64,000 bases of DNA from positions 56,606,001 to 56,670,000 of the forward strand of contig OX597825.1 in NCBI GenBank assembly GCA_951406725.2, read 5' to 3'. Shown here piece after piece: positions 1-12,081 of the stretch. The first letter of the stretch is position 1; the number at the start of each line of letters is the position of its first letter. The notes beneath the pieces are model-generated. The model saw nothing but the letters and a program-made list of their open reading frames with translations, was not told the DNA's origin and did not search any database. The stretch comes from Octopus vulgaris (Eukaryota). The position numbers and the translations under genes were made by a program.

Positions 1-1066
1 ATAGTCGACACGGCAGACTTCAAACTTACGCAGCTAATTTTCCTGCCAAGGAGTTTGGCCGAAGATTCTAGAAGTTAGCTTATAGCTATACAAGCTGACA
101 AACTGAAACCTAGGTCAAGGAACTGCTAAGCCGTCAGTGGCAATCTATGTTATTTGTATGGGCAGTTGGTCTGTCTTCCCGTCCTTCACTTTTCTTATAC
201 AGCATGCCAATGCTACATTCACCAATACACATCAACCTTGGCTTATAGTCTCAAACAACGCACATTAATTATACGCAGTACAGAACAGATTCCAAGTTGT
301 TACGTTCTGTCTACGTTGTTCTTTTAATTCACGGGAATGTACTTTCGTAAATATAACGACGCGGGTTGAGAAAATATTTGAAAACTGAATTAAACTTTCG
401 TGCGGTCATTGTTTACGTGCACAACCTTCCTCACATTTTGAACAGCCAGTGAAGAACATATCGCTAACCACCATACTATGCAGTCTTGTAATCAGAAAGA
501 TGCTAACCGTGCCTATCTCATGTTTTTATTATGTTTAGTGTAACGTTCATTTTATTTTTATTTAATGGGTTTTGTCAAAGATGGTCTGGTGTGCCTAGGG
601 TGAAATATAGTTGTTATTTCTAGCAGCAATTTTGAGGCAAAGGAGTAAGTTGACACCATTGGTGCTAGTACTTGACTAGTACTTTATTTTATCATTCCCG
701 ACATGATGAAGGGAAGGGCTGACTTTAAGAGGATTTGAACGCAGAACCTAGAGGACTGATAGAAATGAAGGGATTTCCAGCACTTAAATGATTCTGCTAG
801 CTCAGTCGTCTTGTAATAATGATTTATAAAATTGGCACAGATCCACACATTCAGTGGGGGCAGGGGGTGTAAGGGATTTCGTCGACCCAGTTCGTCAATA
901 GTACTTTATTTTATCGACGCTGACATTTTGGAAACCAAAATCGCTGTCTCAACGTGAATAAAAGTCAACAGATGTATGTAAATACCAGAAGGCATTTTAT
1001 TTTAAGATTCAACCATTCCTGCAAATAGAAGTTGATTTTCCGATGAAAATCGGTTTTTCTGCCGGT

Positions 1067-1230
1067 CGCAGCAGAAATGTCACCATTCTTCATTTTCTCT
1101 AGTAAAAGGAAGACGCGATTTGAACCCTGAATGCAGACAGCCAGAACCGCGCAGCAGAAATGTCACTGTTCTTAATTTTCTCCGATAAGAGGAAGATTCA
1201 ATTTGAATCCTAAATGCAGACAGCCAGAAC
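1067..1230. repeat. Two-copy tandem duplication, unit about 84 bp
   Basis: cgcagcagaaatgtcac...atttgaa.cct.aatgcagacagccagaac occurs at about 1067-1148 and again at about 1150-1230. Confidence 0.85.
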
Positions 1231-2019
1231 TGATATCACAAAGCAGATTCGCAAACGCTCTGATAATTCCATCAATCTTCGACCAGTAATTTATTTACAT
1301 AATTTATTTAAAAAAGATTAATAAACAGAAAAAAAAGAAGTAGCCGTGTGTTGGATGCGAACTCAGAATGTAGGATTACTTACTACAAAACAATCCTTAC
1401 GATGCTGCCAATTTTCACTTCATTCTGACATAAAGCGAATAAGGTACAATCGATTACATTTACCCAAACGCATGAGGGATAGTGAGCCCCTCGCAGCCCG
1501 GCGGCTGAAACACAAACAAAATTCATCCAGGTGGAATTTGAAACCAGAATTTCAAAGACATTTAGATAAACAACACGCTTTCTGTTCACTCTGCTACTGG
1601 TACTACTATTTCATAGTCTTAATATTTAAGGAGTATTAAATAGTTAATACTCAGGGGATTCCTTCTTTTAGTCGATATTAAAGGCAGAAATATCATTTAG
1701 TTGTTCAATCGATAAAATTCAATTACAGAAATTATTTATTTTCTATTAAAAATTATTATTTTTTTGTGTACGTGTTCTGTGAATATGTGTGTTTGTAAAA
1801 TGTGAGTGAATGTGTGTGGGTATGTTTGCATACATGTTTATATCTGTAAATGCATATATAAAGATATATACACACACACAAACCTGTATACATACATACA
1901 CGTACGCACGCATATATGTGCATGTAAGTACACATACAGATAACATATACACACACATGAACACACGCATGCACGCACGCACACATATATATTTATATAC
2001 ATATGTAAAGATATGCATG

Positions 2020-2071
<52 letters not shown>

Positions 2072-2667
2072 CATATATATCTTTATATAAATATGTGTGT
2101 ATATATGTATATGTATGTATATATGTATATGTATATGTGTATGTATGTATATATAAAAATATATACACACAGAGAAATGTGCGTGTGTGCGTGTGTACTT
2201 ACGTGATTAGTATTTTTTTAAAAATATATATTGACTAGCTTCAGTCTTTGGACTGCTGCCAAGCCAGGGACACTACCGTAAAGGGTTTTGCTGACCATGT
2301 CGATCTCACTACATATTTCAATCTGTTATTTAATTTCTCATTATCCATTTGTCGAACCGTTATTTAACGAGCCACAAAGTGAAACTAACGTAAATAGAAC
2401 ATTCTCAACGTGCCATGCACTACGGCTGAACATGAAACCAGGGGAGGCTCTTATCAACGTCATGACACTGACTCTAATAATGATATAGAATTTATAATAA
2501 TATATAATTTATAATAATATATATAATTTATAATTTATAATAATATATAATTTATAAATATGTCTCTCTGCGCGGTACCTTGAACACGTGTTTTCTACAA
2601 TAGCCTCGCTCAGACAAAAGCCTTCTGAGAGGATTTGGTTGAGAGAAACTGAAGGAAGCCCACTTTC

Positions 2668-3060
2668 GTGACCTCTATTAATGTTGCCTCTAGGTTCTAA
2701 TTGCTAATGAGTCACCTTTTTAATTAGTTGTTTATACTTACACTGTTGAGAAAATCAGCATATGCTTTAAACGGTTTTTTCTTATATTATTGATAGAGGA
2801 AAGTGAGTTTAACCCTAGGCATTAAAAGCCGCTGATGAAAATTAAGGTGTCCAACACCAAGATTGGAAATCGCGATACGGCTTCGTACGCTAGGGATTTA
2901 CCTCCCTTTGTCAGTCATTAAATTAGTGCTTTGTGGCTTTAGAGTTAACTCTTATCTTAACGTAATCGGTGCTGACCAGCACCCTCTGTCATTTTGTGAC
3001 CTCTATTGCATTTGCCTTTAGGTTCTAGTTGCTATTAAGCCAACCTTTTAATTAGTCGTT
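2668..3060 (+). mobile_element. Short hammerhead-containing repeat with partial tandem duplication (period 328 bp), retrozyme or Penelope pLTR-like
   Basis: gtgacctctatt...taggttcta.ttgcta...ttttaattagt.gtt occurs at 2668 and 2996. There is a canonical HHR between the copies and the element ends at a (TA)n tract. Confidence 0.7.
2826..2883 (+). ncRNA. Type I hammerhead ribozyme with canonical core
   Basis: Stem I aagccg(2826-31)/cggctt(2878-83); CTGATGA 2832-38; stem II aatt/gatt plus ggtgt/acacc; GAAA 2866-69; palindromic stem III atcgcgat; cleavage triplet ATA; stem I extended by ccctag(2813-18)/ctaggg(2890-95). Confidence 0.8.
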
Positions 3061-3071
3061 ATATATATATA

Positions 3072-3230
3072 TAGGGGAAGTTTACGAAAATAAACAAAAG
3101 ACGAAGGCAGGTGGTGTACAAACAAACAGATGTATTAGTATAGCGCTCAGGACTAGAAAAAGTCTTTTACGTTTCGAGCCTACGCTCTTCTACAGAAAGG
3201 AACGCAGAAAGAAACTAGGAGAGAAACAAT
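3072..3230 (-). mobile_element. Short Penelope-like terminal fragment carrying a minimal hammerhead (3164-3199)
   Basis: Minus strand reads cttt-CTGTAGA-a-gagc gtag gctc-GAAA-cg-ta-aaag. It is the same family as 51920-52090 and is flanked by (TA)n. Confidence 0.6.
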
Positions 3231-3611
3231 ATATATATATGCGAACGTTTGTGTGTGTGTGTGTACATTTATGTATGTGTTTCTGTCAGTTTCACAACCG
3301 GTGTTGATATGTTTATGTCACGATAATATAAGTACCAAGCTCACAAAAGATAACGGTAGAGGTATCCATTCGTTCGACTAAAAATTCTTCAAGGTGATGC
3401 CCCAGCTCCTTCCCAAGTCTGATGATTGAAACAAGTAAAAGATAAAAGATTTATTTAGATTAATATGATTATATGTATTGGTGAGTATGTCTGTGTGGGT
3501 AAACATAGGTGTGTGTGTATGTATATACGTGTGTGATCGAATATACCTGTCAGTCTTACTATGTACATAGTAAGATGCATACATAAGTAGATATAAATGT
3601 ATACACACACA

Positions 3612-3656
<45 letters not shown>

Positions 3657-4082
3657 GCACATATATATGCATATATATATATATGCACACATATGCGCAC
3701 ACACACATATATATGTGTATGTATGTATGTATGTATGTATGTATGTATATATGTATACATGTATGTATGTGAGTATTTGACTATATATATATGCACACCT
3801 TTGTTCGTGTGTGTGTTGTGTGTGTATAGACAACTGAGTTCCTGTGAGTGTACATACATACACACACGCGCGCACACAACCACATATACATATAACGAAA
3901 CAGACAGACATGCAGACAAGCAGTGAAAAAGAGACACAGAGCGAGGAATGAGGAACAGTCTGAAAGACAGATAGAAAACGAGGGAAGGACAGAAAGAAAG
4001 AGAGATAACATTTTTCTCGCAGTATTCGTTTACATCAAATGTATCTGAAAGTTTACCTCAAAATCTACAAATTAATATGGTG

Positions 4083-4169
<87 letters not shown>

Positions 4170-5106
4170 TGTGTGTGTGTGTGTTTGTGTGTGCGTATAC
4201 ATATATATAGATATATATATACACACACACACTTCGACATATATATATACATATATTGATGTCATATATATACATATATATATTATTTGAACTCACAAGC
4301 GCGCACACACACATACTCATATATGTCTGTGTGTATGTATGTGCGTGTGTGTATATGTATACATGTATATATGTATGAATGCCTATTACACGTACATTTT
4401 TGAGTGTGAATAATAGGTGCATCAAAGCGTGAATATATGCGTGTCTACGAGGGGCTGGCGGGGCGTGAGGCGGGGGGTGAGTGTGACATATAAATTATAT
4501 TGAACTCCTCAAGTAGAAAACATATTTTACTCAATTGATCAAGAATATTTATTTTTAATGTTCGCGTTTTATTGTATTTTGGCTTTCAAATTTTTTTTCT
4601 TTGCTCCTAAGTCATTTACGTAAATGGTAAGAAAGATTTCTGATTTAACAAAGTGCATATCTACATTTTGTATATACATGTGTGTATATATATAAAGATA
4701 TATATATATACATATATTATCGAGTATAAATTATGAAATTCATTTGTTGTGATGTCGGTTTTTGCTTTTGTTTTTGTATATATACTTAAAAGTACTCGAT
4801 GCATACTTGTACCGGAAGTGTGTAGAGTTTAATACGTATGTTTTAAAAATCTGCGTGTATATATGTACGCACGCACGTGCGTGTGTGTGTTTAAGAATGC
4901 ATACATACATACATACATACATACATACATACATACATACATACATACATACATACATACATACATACATACATACATACGTACGTACGTACGTACATAC
5001 ATATAGATATATATAAATATATAGAAGTATACATAGATGGGCGCAGTCTAATGACTGAAATAATGAAAAGATAAAAAAATATAGTATACATATGTATACT
5101 TATATA

Positions 5107-5190
<84 letters not shown>

Positions 5191-5324
5191 CATACATATA
5201 TACATACATATATACATACATATATATGAATATATATACATATATTTATGTATATGGCTGTATACATATACATATATGTATATATATGACTACTTATATA
5301 TATGTATATATATATGTGTGTGTT

Positions 5325-5359
<35 letters not shown>

Positions 5360-5441
5360 ATGTGCGCATGCCACATGCATTTATATTTTTATCCATAAGC
5401 ATGTATATGTATATTTAAAAATGTGTTTTTTTGCGTGAATA

Positions 5442-5481
<40 letters not shown>

Positions 5482-5666
5482 CGTGTGAACACACAAGCAT
5501 GCTTATGTGCGTGTGTGTACGAGTATATGCGTGAGGTAAATGAACTTCATGTAATTGTACAGCTTACCTTACAACCTCAGATAAACAACTGTAGCCATCG
5601 TGCTGTGAGGTCGGCCTTTTTTCGAAGTGCATCTACGTGTTTGATGTCCTAATTATAACATGCACA

Positions 5667-5715
<49 letters not shown>

Positions 5716-6588
5716 GCACACACAAGGAGAGATTGAGAGAACGATATTTATTCACACGTGCGTATATATTTGCCACACATACACACATACACAGGATTTC
5801 TCAAATAAAAATTCGTGTACTGACGCACGCACGATCGCACAGATATTCACATAAAGAGTGTGAGAGGCTCTACGTGGTCGCCTGATTTTCAAGCAATAGC
5901 AAGCAAATCATCTCTAAATTACACCGTAAGGTCTTGGGAAAACTATTGATATATAATAGATAGATACACAATGCCCAAGAAAACGACGAACTAGTCATGG
6001 TTGGAACATCTGTTGTGTCTAAGGATAATAGTCCTCACAAGACACACAGACACACACAAGCACAGAAATAAATATGCACACAGAAACATACAAACCAACA
6101 AAAGGAAACGCATATTGGCAAATAAACACACACAGTGACACATACATATAGAAACATGCACACACGTCCATATCGCACACATATACACACCTAAATATGC
6201 ATAGACTTAGAAATACTCATCTTTTTGTTTCGTGTTGTTGTGATAAGTGCCCATTCTGTCAGTCTTTTGTGCCGAACCGCAAATTTACAGGAAAGCAAAC
6301 ACAGTGTCAAGCAGTGGGGTGGGAACAAACACGAACACACACACACACACAGACACATGTATATGTATGTATTTATGTATTTATGCATGCATGTATGCAT
6401 ATTATTAAATATATATACTAGGTGTTTTAACACAGGTGACATAAGAGTTACATACTTCGCTACACCATTCCAGTCACCGGAAAATACACAGAGCATATAC
6501 ATTAGTATTTAATAATAGTTGCCATACTAAAGCTGCTTTTATTTCATATATATGTATATATACATACATACACACACAAACATACACA

Positions 6589-6663
<75 letters not shown>

Positions 6664-6664
<1 letters not shown>

Positions 6665-6852
6665 AATACAGCTTGGTGCCAAGTTGTATAGGCCCTTGCC
6701 TTTCTCTTGGATAACATCGGTGGCGTGGAGAGAGGAGGCAGGTATGCATGAGCGACTGCAGGTCTTCCATAAACAACCTTGCCCGGATTTGTGCCCCAGA
6801 GAGTAACTTTCTAGGTGTAATCCCATGGTCATTCGTGACCGAAGGGGTCTCC
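6664..6852 (+). mobile_element. 3' half of a SINE (possibly Deu/Nin-domain-like) between (TA)n tracts
   Basis: GC-richer block ggtcttccataaacaaccttgccc...actttctaggtgtaatcccatggtcattcgtgaccgaaggggg resembles the body and tail of such SINEs. The family assignment is from memory only. Confidence 0.4.
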
Positions 6853-6856
6853 GATA

Positions 6857-6920
<64 letters not shown>

Positions 6921-6924
<4 letters not shown>

Positions 6925-7128
6925 ATCCACACATGAAAACACAAAGAGAAAACACAACAACGCGAGGACGTGGAACAAGTATAGTATTATTAGACGCTCA
7001 GAAAAGAAGGAAAGAAAGAGTGCTTAACGTTTCGAGCGGAGCTCTTCGTCAGAAACATAGGAAAAGGAAAGATCCAAAGAAGGGAAGACGGAGGAAAAAA
7101 AATCGCCAACGGTACAATCGCGGTCACA
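6921..7128 (-). mobile_element. Short Penelope-like terminal fragment with a canonical minimal hammerhead (7021-7057)
   Basis: Minus strand reads tgttt-CTGACGA-a-gagc tcc gctc-GAAA-cg-tt-aagca. The fragment abuts a (TA)n tract. Confidence 0.7.
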
Positions 7129-7200
7129 ATAATAATAAAGATTATTACGAAGCTGCATAGCATAACCTATAATTCTTTTAATATATATTCAGCTTTACAT

Positions 7201-7286
7201 AGACCTACACGTGTTTCAACTGCACCGAATACTCACCACTGCAATTTCAGCCCTGCTATAATACCGGTGCAGTTTCTTTAAGGTCT
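7201..7286 (-). ncRNA. Degenerate type I hammerhead with long stem II
   Basis: Minus strand reads agacc-TTAAAGA (two changes from CTGAAGA)-aactgcaccg...cggtgcagtt (10-bp stem II)-GAAA-cacgtg-ta-ggtct. Confidence 0.6.
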
Positions 7287-7527
7287 CTACTTAATGGTGT
7301 TCGATTTAACTGATTAAAGTTTTTTGTTTATCTACACACCGTTATATGATGTAGTGTTGTCCGTTTAGACGCGAACAGATAAACCTTTTGGGGTAATCCC
7401 TTACTATTTACATATACATATATATATATATGTATACGGGGTGGCGTCATTCGAAGGCTAAAACAATGCGAACGCATTGTGACCAGCGATGTGTAACAAC
7501 ATCTGATTGTCTGGTCGGTCACGTGAT

Positions 7528-7587
<60 letters not shown>

Positions 7588-7758
7588 ATATACATGCATA
7601 TATATACATACATATACAAACATACATATATATATATATATATAAATATGATATGTGACAATTACCGAATATTGTCACATATTGTATTTACAGATAAATT
7701 CTTCTATTTACATAATTTCGAGGCCTCTTTCAATCTTTTGTTGTCTTGCAACTTCTAT

Positions 7759-7806
<48 letters not shown>

Positions 7807-7936
7807 CGGCTTTCTTTCAGTTTCCGTCTATCAAAACCACTGAAAAGATTTGGTTGGCCTTAGACTATAGTAGACAGCACTTGCCGAGGGTGCCACGCAG
7901 TGCAACTGAACCTAGGACTGAACCCGTCAAGCTTCT

Positions 7937-8167
7937 TATTTCTTTATTGCCCACAAGGGGCTAAACATAGAAGGGACAAGCAAAGACAGAAAAACGGATT
8001 AAGTCGATTATATCGACCCCAGTGTGTAAATGGTACTTATTTAATCGACCCCAAAAGGAAGGAAGGCAAAGGCGACCTCGGCGGAATTTGAACTCTGAAC
8101 GTAGCGGCAGACGAAATACCGCTAAGCATTTCGACCGGCGTGCTAACGATTCTGCCAGCTCACCGCC
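7937..8167 (-). mobile_element. Family-B SINE (tRNA-like head, Meta/MESC-like core), monomer
   Basis: Reverse complement reads ggcggtgagctggcagaatcgttagc...gagttcaaattccgccgaggtcgcctttgccttccttccttttggggtcgattaaataagtacc...cccttgtgggcaataaagaaata. Confidence 0.9.
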
Positions 8168-8334
8168 TTTCGCCTGAAGAACCCGTCAGGCTTCTTACCA
8201 CACAACGTTTGCTCTTATATATAAGTATAAATATGTATGTATGTGCGAGTTTTTGTGTGTCTATGTATGTCTGTGTCAGTTTATGTGCGTGTGTGTGTGT
8301 GTGTGTGTAAGTGTGTACGTGCGTGTGTGTGTGT

Positions 8335-8790
8335 ACGAGGTGTCCCATAAATAATTTGTATACACACTTTAACAGCTGATAACTCAATTTTCATTTCCTT
8401 TCAGATTTACCTCATTTATGAAGGGAGTTTTATAGACTAAGCTCTGATCAAAGGAAATTTAGTTTAGAGTGCTAGTGGAAGTTTGAAAACATAGTCCAAG
8501 TACAAAGACATTTTAATGAGGAGTTTCAAACAAATCCGCCGTCGCGACTTACCATCTCTCGAATTAGAGATAAGTCCAATAAGGAACCGTTCAAAGTGTC
8601 CACAGAAATCATTCCGAAAGACCACAAACATCGATGTGCCCCACAAAGCAAGTAAGATTACTAGAAACGTATTTCCAGAGTTCAAGAAAAATTTCCGGAT
8701 TGATAAAATAGGTGGCAGTCAAATAGCGAGACAGATATGTGACTGTGTTCCACAAAATTCGTGGTCTTGTGAATATGTTAGAAAGTATTA
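8335..8790 (+). mobile_element. Possible degenerate, internally deleted mariner-like DNA transposon
   Basis: TA-cgaggtgtcccataaa resembles a TIR start, and PQKSFRKT...VP resembles a mariner HTH2 segment. No clear right TIR. Confidence 0.35.
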
Positions 8791-8811
8791 CTACTACTAA
8801 TGACGGTATTG

Positions 8812-9220
8812 TTATGATGAGGATGTGGAGAGATGGGAACTTGTGAGGAAGGAGAATGAGAAGGAGGAAGTGGAGGAAGAGTAGAGGGGAGGAAGAAAAT
8901 GGAGAAGCGGTGAAAGAGATGGAGGAGGGGAGGAAAGAAATGAGATTAGGGGAGGGGTAAAGATGTGGGGAAGAGGAAGATGAGGGGTGATGAGAAAAAA
9001 TAGATAAGGTGAAAATGGAATGAACAGGAGGAGGTTGAAGATAGCAGAAATTAGGAGACAAGCACGGAGGAGGAGGAGGAGGAGGGGGAAGAAGCGGAGA
9101 TGGGATGAGGATGAGGAGAAGAAGAAGACGAAGAAGAAGAAGAAGAAGAAGAAGAAGGGAAAGAAGAAGAAGAAAAAGAAGGAGGAGGAGGAGGAAAGAG
9201 AGGAGATGGAAGAAGAGGAG
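8812..9220. repeat. Purine-rich low-complexity (GGA)n/(GAA)n tract
   Basis: Direct reading of the sequence. Confidence 0.9.
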
Positions 9221-9988
9221 GTTTTCTGATGCCATTCCGATCTATTCTTCCTTTTTTTCTTTTCCATCCGTTGATGATTCAACAAATGTATAGCAGTCAT
9301 TTACTGGGGTCACCTATTAAATAGAATATTCATCTCTTCATCTCTTCTCATACTTAAAAATACTTATGTTAAAATTCTACTGATGTTAGAAATTGTTGTT
9401 ATGAATTTATCCTGCAATGTAACCGTACCGAGTTCAAATCCTATAGCAGTTTTATATGCAATATGAATAAGAAGAACATTCTCAACGGATGTCTCTTTCT
9501 GGTTATCTTCCATATCAATATTAATGTTGTATTGTATCAAAAGCTATGAAGTGGCAGAGATCAAATCCCGTTGGAATCAACGTGCTTCCTCATTCCTGTG
9601 GGTCGATAAAATAACTTCCACTCATGTACTAAACCTAATTCAATCAACATTCCCTGCATTATATATCCGTGGCCCTTTGCCAGACTTACTGATCGATATT
9701 CCCAATTGCAATGGTAGAAACGATAGCGTGCTCTTGTGATGTTTAGTTAACTGGGTTCTTGAGTTCAAATACAGTTGATTTCGTATTTAAGATTTCTCAT
9801 TCGTTCTCCAGTGCCTACAGAGGACATTTCTGTGTCTTCTGTACTTTATAAATTCCAACCTCCTCCCGCAGAGAGATGTCGTTATTGCTTTCAATGACGT
9901 TAAATTTCACCTAGTTTAGTTAACAGCATTTAACCATCTGAGATAGATTGAGAAAGTACAGTAATACAATTTGTGTATGTAACCATAT

Positions 9989-10394
9989 TCTCTTTTTCTC
10001 TTTTTACTTGTTTCAGCCATTTGACTGCGGCCATACTGGAGCACCACCTTTAATCGAGTAACTCGACCCCGAGACTTATTCTTTTGTAAGCCTAGTACTT
10101 ATTCTATCGGTCTCTTTTGCCGAACTGCTAAGTAACGGGGACACAAACACACCAGCATCGGTTGTCAAGCAATGCTAGGGGAACAAACACAGACACAAAC
10201 ACACACACGTATATATATATATACATATATACGACGAGCTTTTTTCAGTTTCCGTCTACCAAATCCACTCACAAGACTTTGGTCGGCCCGAGGCTATAGT
10301 AGAAGACACTTGCCCAAGGTGCCACGCAGTGGGACTGAACACGGAGCCATGTGGTTGGTAAACAAGCTACTTACCACACAGCTACTCCTGTGCC
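9989..10394 (-). mobile_element. Family-A SINE, full length (tRNA-like head, CORE-like segment, internal TA/TG tract)
   Basis: Reverse complement has A-box gtggtaag, B-box-like gttcagtccc, ccttgggcaagt, and tail ggccgcagtcaaatggctgaaacaagtaaaaag. Confidence 0.92.
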
Positions 10395-11018
10395 TATCTA
10401 TATTGATAGATAGATATACATACACACTTATACATATATGGACATATATATATATATATATATATAATATACACACACACACACATATATATATATGTGT
10501 ATGTGTGTGTGTGTGAGCACATACATATTATATGTGTATCATATTATATATATACATATATACATATATATACATTCATACATACATGTGTGTGTACGTG
10601 TGCGTGTGTGTTTGTGAATGTGTGTGTGTGCGTGTGTGTGTGTGTGTGTATGTGTGTGTGTGTGTGTGCGTGTGTATAAATGAAACCACGGCAACCACTC
10701 GGAATCGAGGCTGATTGAGTAATCAGTATCGTGCTTTTGCCAGTTTTGGGGCATCTCTATAGTCACGAACAGACATAAAGTATGAAGGCATTCTCAGAAG
10801 GAGAAAAAATAAGAGGGAGAAAAGGAGAAAGAAGAAAGAAAAAGAACATAGAGAATATTGCTAGCAATAATGCATGAAAACGAAAATGTAAAGAAACATT
10901 AAAAACGGGAAGTGACTCGCATCGTCCCATGTTTCCCGTCACAGGTCAATCATCATGTATACAACAGTTGCACATGTCCATAACTTCAGAAAGAAACAAA
11001 AAGTGATGAAAATTTTGA

Positions 11019-11183
11019 GGCGTAGGAGTGGCTGTGTGGTAAGCTGCTTGCTTACAAACCACATGGTTCCGGGTTCAGTCCCACTGCGTGGCACCTTGGG
11101 CAAGTGTCTTCTACTATAAGCCTCGGGCCGATCAAAGCCTTATGAGTGGATTTGGTAGACGGAAACTGAAAGAAGCCCATCGT
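11019..11183 (+). mobile_element. Family-A SINE, 5' half
   Basis: ggcgtaggagtggctgtgtggtaag...ccgggttcagtcccactgcgtggcaccttgggcaagtgtc...gaaactgaaagaagcccatcg. Confidence 0.92.
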
Positions 11184-11280
11184 ATATATGTATGTATATA
11201 TATATATATATAACACCGAATACTACGTTATTAGATCCTCTTATGTAGGTTGTGCCTGCTATATAAAAGCACATATATAG

Positions 11281-11715
11281 ATCGTGGCAAACAAAAGTCG
11301 CCTGTCCTGGACGCCGGAATTCCCAATTCTGCTGAAAATTATCGGTTAGAAGCGTGCGGTCACCGTATGCCAGTCGGTTCTTACTGCTGCGAAAAATAGA
11401 TTATCAGCATCTTTTCAGACACCGACGTCACAAATAGCCAACGGGCTTATTAAAAATTAATCGTTAGAGACGATGCAGTATTAACACGAAAAGGTAATTT
11501 TTATATCCAACATAACATGGATGTCTAGTTAGAAGACCGAATGACGAGTTATTAGCCTGGAGAGATAGTTCCATATAGGCGCTTTAGAGCATGACAGCAC
11601 ACACACGCATACAAAAATCGTAGCAGACGAAAGTCGTCTTTATGGGTGCCGGAATTCCAATATCACGTGATTTCATTTCTACTGGCAATCATCAGAGGAA
11701 AGCATCCGGTTACTG
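11281..11715 (-). repeat. Partial tandem repeat (period about 337 bp) with a hammerhead-like motif at 11655-11700
   Basis: atcgt.gca.ac.aaagtcg.ct.....gg..gccggaattcc occurs at 11281 and 11618. Minus strand has CTGATGA-14 nt-GAAA-tcacgtga-ta, but stems I and II are imperfect. Confidence 0.5.
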
Positions 11716-11760
11716 CTTCCGCCTCGAATAATTACTATATACACACATACACACACACGC

Positions 11761-11812
<52 letters not shown>

Positions 11813-12081
11813 TATTGATTATTGTTTATGTAGTCATGAGCATAGACGTATGTATATGTTCTAGTATATATATATGTATATGACAAATGGTCTATTTGCT
11901 TGGACCTATTGTTTAATTGTGCTTATTTATGTATTTATACACATGTTAAGGTGTATATACTTTGCTTATGTATGTATTTATGTATACGTGTATGTGTATA
12001 TGGATATTTGTTTATATTTATATATATTAAATTGTACGTGTATCCTGTTCCATGTATTCATATTTTTAAAGTTCTTTATAA

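Larger units (their letters stand above)
2567..3450 (+). mobile_element. Degenerate family-A SINE split by nested insertions (5' part about 2567-2662, 3' part about 3290-3450)
   Basis: ctgcgcggtaccttg...gaaactgaaggaagccc matches the 5' half and acaaccggtgttg...gattgaaacaagtaaaagataaaaga matches the 3' half of the full-length copies at 9989-10394 and 48543-48994. Confidence 0.7.

Noticed and set aside
6430-6495. ggtgac...gtcacc-g-gaaa possible hammerhead remnant
   Set aside because: The core and stems I and III are not recoverable.
8172-8192. CTGAAGA inside a small hairpin (similar isolated cores at about 12337, 23285, 41084 and 61434)
   Set aside because: No correctly placed GAAA, stem III or closing stem I, so these are not hammerheads.
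8609-9300. 208-aa and 162-aa ORFs
   Set aside because: They arise from a purine-rich low-complexity tract.
10172-10516. Recurrent peptide FSFRLPNPLTR...[17 protein letters not shown] (also at 23796 and 48787)
   Set aside because: It is the antisense translation of family-A SINE copies, not a gene family.
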